A stretch of 50,672 bases of DNA, taken from the NCBI GenBank assembly GCA_965215005.1, contig CBDCCZ010000041.1:1-50672 (forward strand). The letters run 5' to 3'. How positions within the stretch are numbered: the stretch's first letter is position 1; every line of letters starts with the position of its first letter. The position numbers and the translations under genes were made by a program. Under the pieces are notes generated by a model. That model made no database searches. It saw only the letters and a list, made by a program, of their open reading frames with translations, and had not been told where the DNA came from. The stretch comes from Kofleriaceae bacterium (GTDB lineage Bacteria; Myxococcota_A; Polyangia; Haliangiales; Haliangiaceae). Positions 49,529 through 50,672 of the stretch are shown in pieces.

Positions 49529-50227
49529 ATGACTCCCAAAATGCTGGTCATTGCTCCCCACCCGGATGATGAAATCCTCGGCGTCGGGGGAACCATGGCG
49601 CGCTTTGCCGCCGCCGGCGGAGCGATCACGGTACTTACCGTGGGCGCTCACGCGCCGCCGCTCTACGCCGAAGGCGTTCGCGAGCGGTGCATCGCCCAGG
49701 CGCGAGAGGCCCATGCGTTGCTCAGAATTAAGCAGTCGCTGTTCTTTGACTACCCCGCCGTCTTCATCAATCAGGTTCCGGTTCACGAGCTCAACGGCAA
49801 GATCGCCAGCGTGGTCCGCGAGGTCGAGCCGGAGATCGTTCTCGTTCCTTATTACGACCGGCACGTCGATCATCGTGCGGTCTTCGATGCCGCCATGGTC
49901 GTCACCCGCCCGGTTGGCGATGGCCGGCGGATGAAGCTGGTCGCTGCCTACGAGACGATCTCAGAGACTCACTGGAACGCGCCGGGGGTCGAGCCCAACT
50001 TCGTGCCCAACTGGTGCGTCGACATTACCGACTCCATCGATTCCAAAGTCGCCGCGCTCGAGTGCTTTCCCGAGCAGGTTCACCCTTTTCCCGGGCCGCG
50101 TTCGCTGGAAGCGGTGCGCGCCTTGGCGTTGTTTCGCGGCAGCCAAGCCGGATTCGGCTATGGTGAGGCGTTTCATATCCTCCGTATGAGCGCTGCCCCG
50201 GAAGCGCTCTTTCCCCAACCGAAGTGA
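49529..50227 (+). CDS. PIG-L/LmbE family deacetylase
   Basis: APHPDDE..G.GG, HVDH, AYET, PNWCVDI, EAF. Confidence 0.92.
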   Translation: MTPKMLVIAPHPDDEILGVGGTMARFAAAGGAITVLTVGAHAPPLYAEGVRERCIAQAREAHALLRIKQSLFFDYPAVFINQVPVHELNGKIASVVREVEPEIVLVPYYDRHVDHRAVFDAAMVVTRPVGDGRRMKLVAAYETISETHWNAPGVEPNFVPNWCVDITDSIDSKVAALECFPEQVHPFPGPRSLEAVRALALFRGSQAGFGYGEAFHILRMSAAPEALFPQPK

Positions 50228-50238
50228 CGAGGTACGCG

Positions 50239-50672
50239 ATGGCCGACTGGAAGCAGCAGCAGCTCGACGACCACACGATGTGGCCCAAGCAAAAGATCAT
50301 CGAGCTCCCCGAGCCCCATAATGATGGTCGAGGCTCGATTCAGTGCTTGGTGAACTTTCCGATGAAGAACGTCTCCCTCATCACCTCAAACAAGGGAACG
50401 CTTCGCTCCAACCACTATCATTTGACCGACTGGCACTACATGTACGTGATTTCCGGTCGCATGGATTACTACTACCGGCCAGCCGGCAGCGATCAGGAGC
50501 CCACCAAGGTGACCATCGAAGCGGGGCAGATGGTGTTCACGCCGCCGATGGAAGAGCATGCCTCGGTGTTCCCCGAGGACTGCACGTTCTTGGCGCTGAG
50601 CCGTAATCCCCGCGATCAAGAGACCTACGAGTCGGACGTCAAGCGGATCGAGCTTCTCGACCCGAGCAACTT
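50239..50672 (+). CDS. Cupin-fold protein (sugar-nucleotide isomerase/epimerase-like), truncated by window end
   Basis: Translated by hand: DGRGSI, RSNHYH...WHYMYVISG, FTPPMEEH; frame open to the end of the window. Confidence 0.82.
   Translation, partial: MADWKQQQLDDHTMWPKQKIIELPEPHNDGRGSIQCLVNFPMKNVSLITSNKGTLRSNHYHLTDWHYMYVISGRMDYYYRPAGSDQEPTKVTIEAGQMVFTPPMEEHASVFPEDCTFLALSRNPRDQETYESDVKRIELLDPSN

Overview
High-GC bacterial chromosomal segment, most consistent with a myxobacterium (Myxococcota; inferred from gene content and composition). No rRNA, tRNA, CRISPR array, transposase or phage gene was recognised. Left part (1-33.9 kb): response regulator, a frameshifted FHA/TM/helical-repeat gene, FAH hydrolase, folK, plsY, DinG helicase, hisB-H-A-F-IE interrupted by a DUF2945-like stress gene, a HExxH protein plus an Hsp70 split by a ~560-aa low-complexity insert, UvrD/PcrA, PAP2, an orphan DNA MTase coupled to a degenerate Trm112-MTase, hemerythrin, a lipoprotein, a CDF-ArsR-flavoprotein-TrkH-TrkA-HAMP gene run, GH35, NUDIX, DegT aminotransferase and a degenerate nucleotidyltransferase. 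Right part (34-50.7 kb): a surface-polysaccharide locus (secreted helical protein, OM beta-barrel, Gfo/Idh/MocA, epimerase, fcl, gmd, wecB, GTs, Wzy/WaaL, 2-hydroxyacid dehydrogenase, neuC, neuB, WecA-like, GNAT, PIG-L deacetylase, cupin). At least three single-base indels look like sequencing errors. Readable regulatory signals include many TANNNT-N5-8-start (leaderless-type) starts, three sigma54-like sites, a CzrA/SmtB-type operator, a perfect DnaA box and several short repeats. All product calls come from motif recognition by eye; no database search was run.
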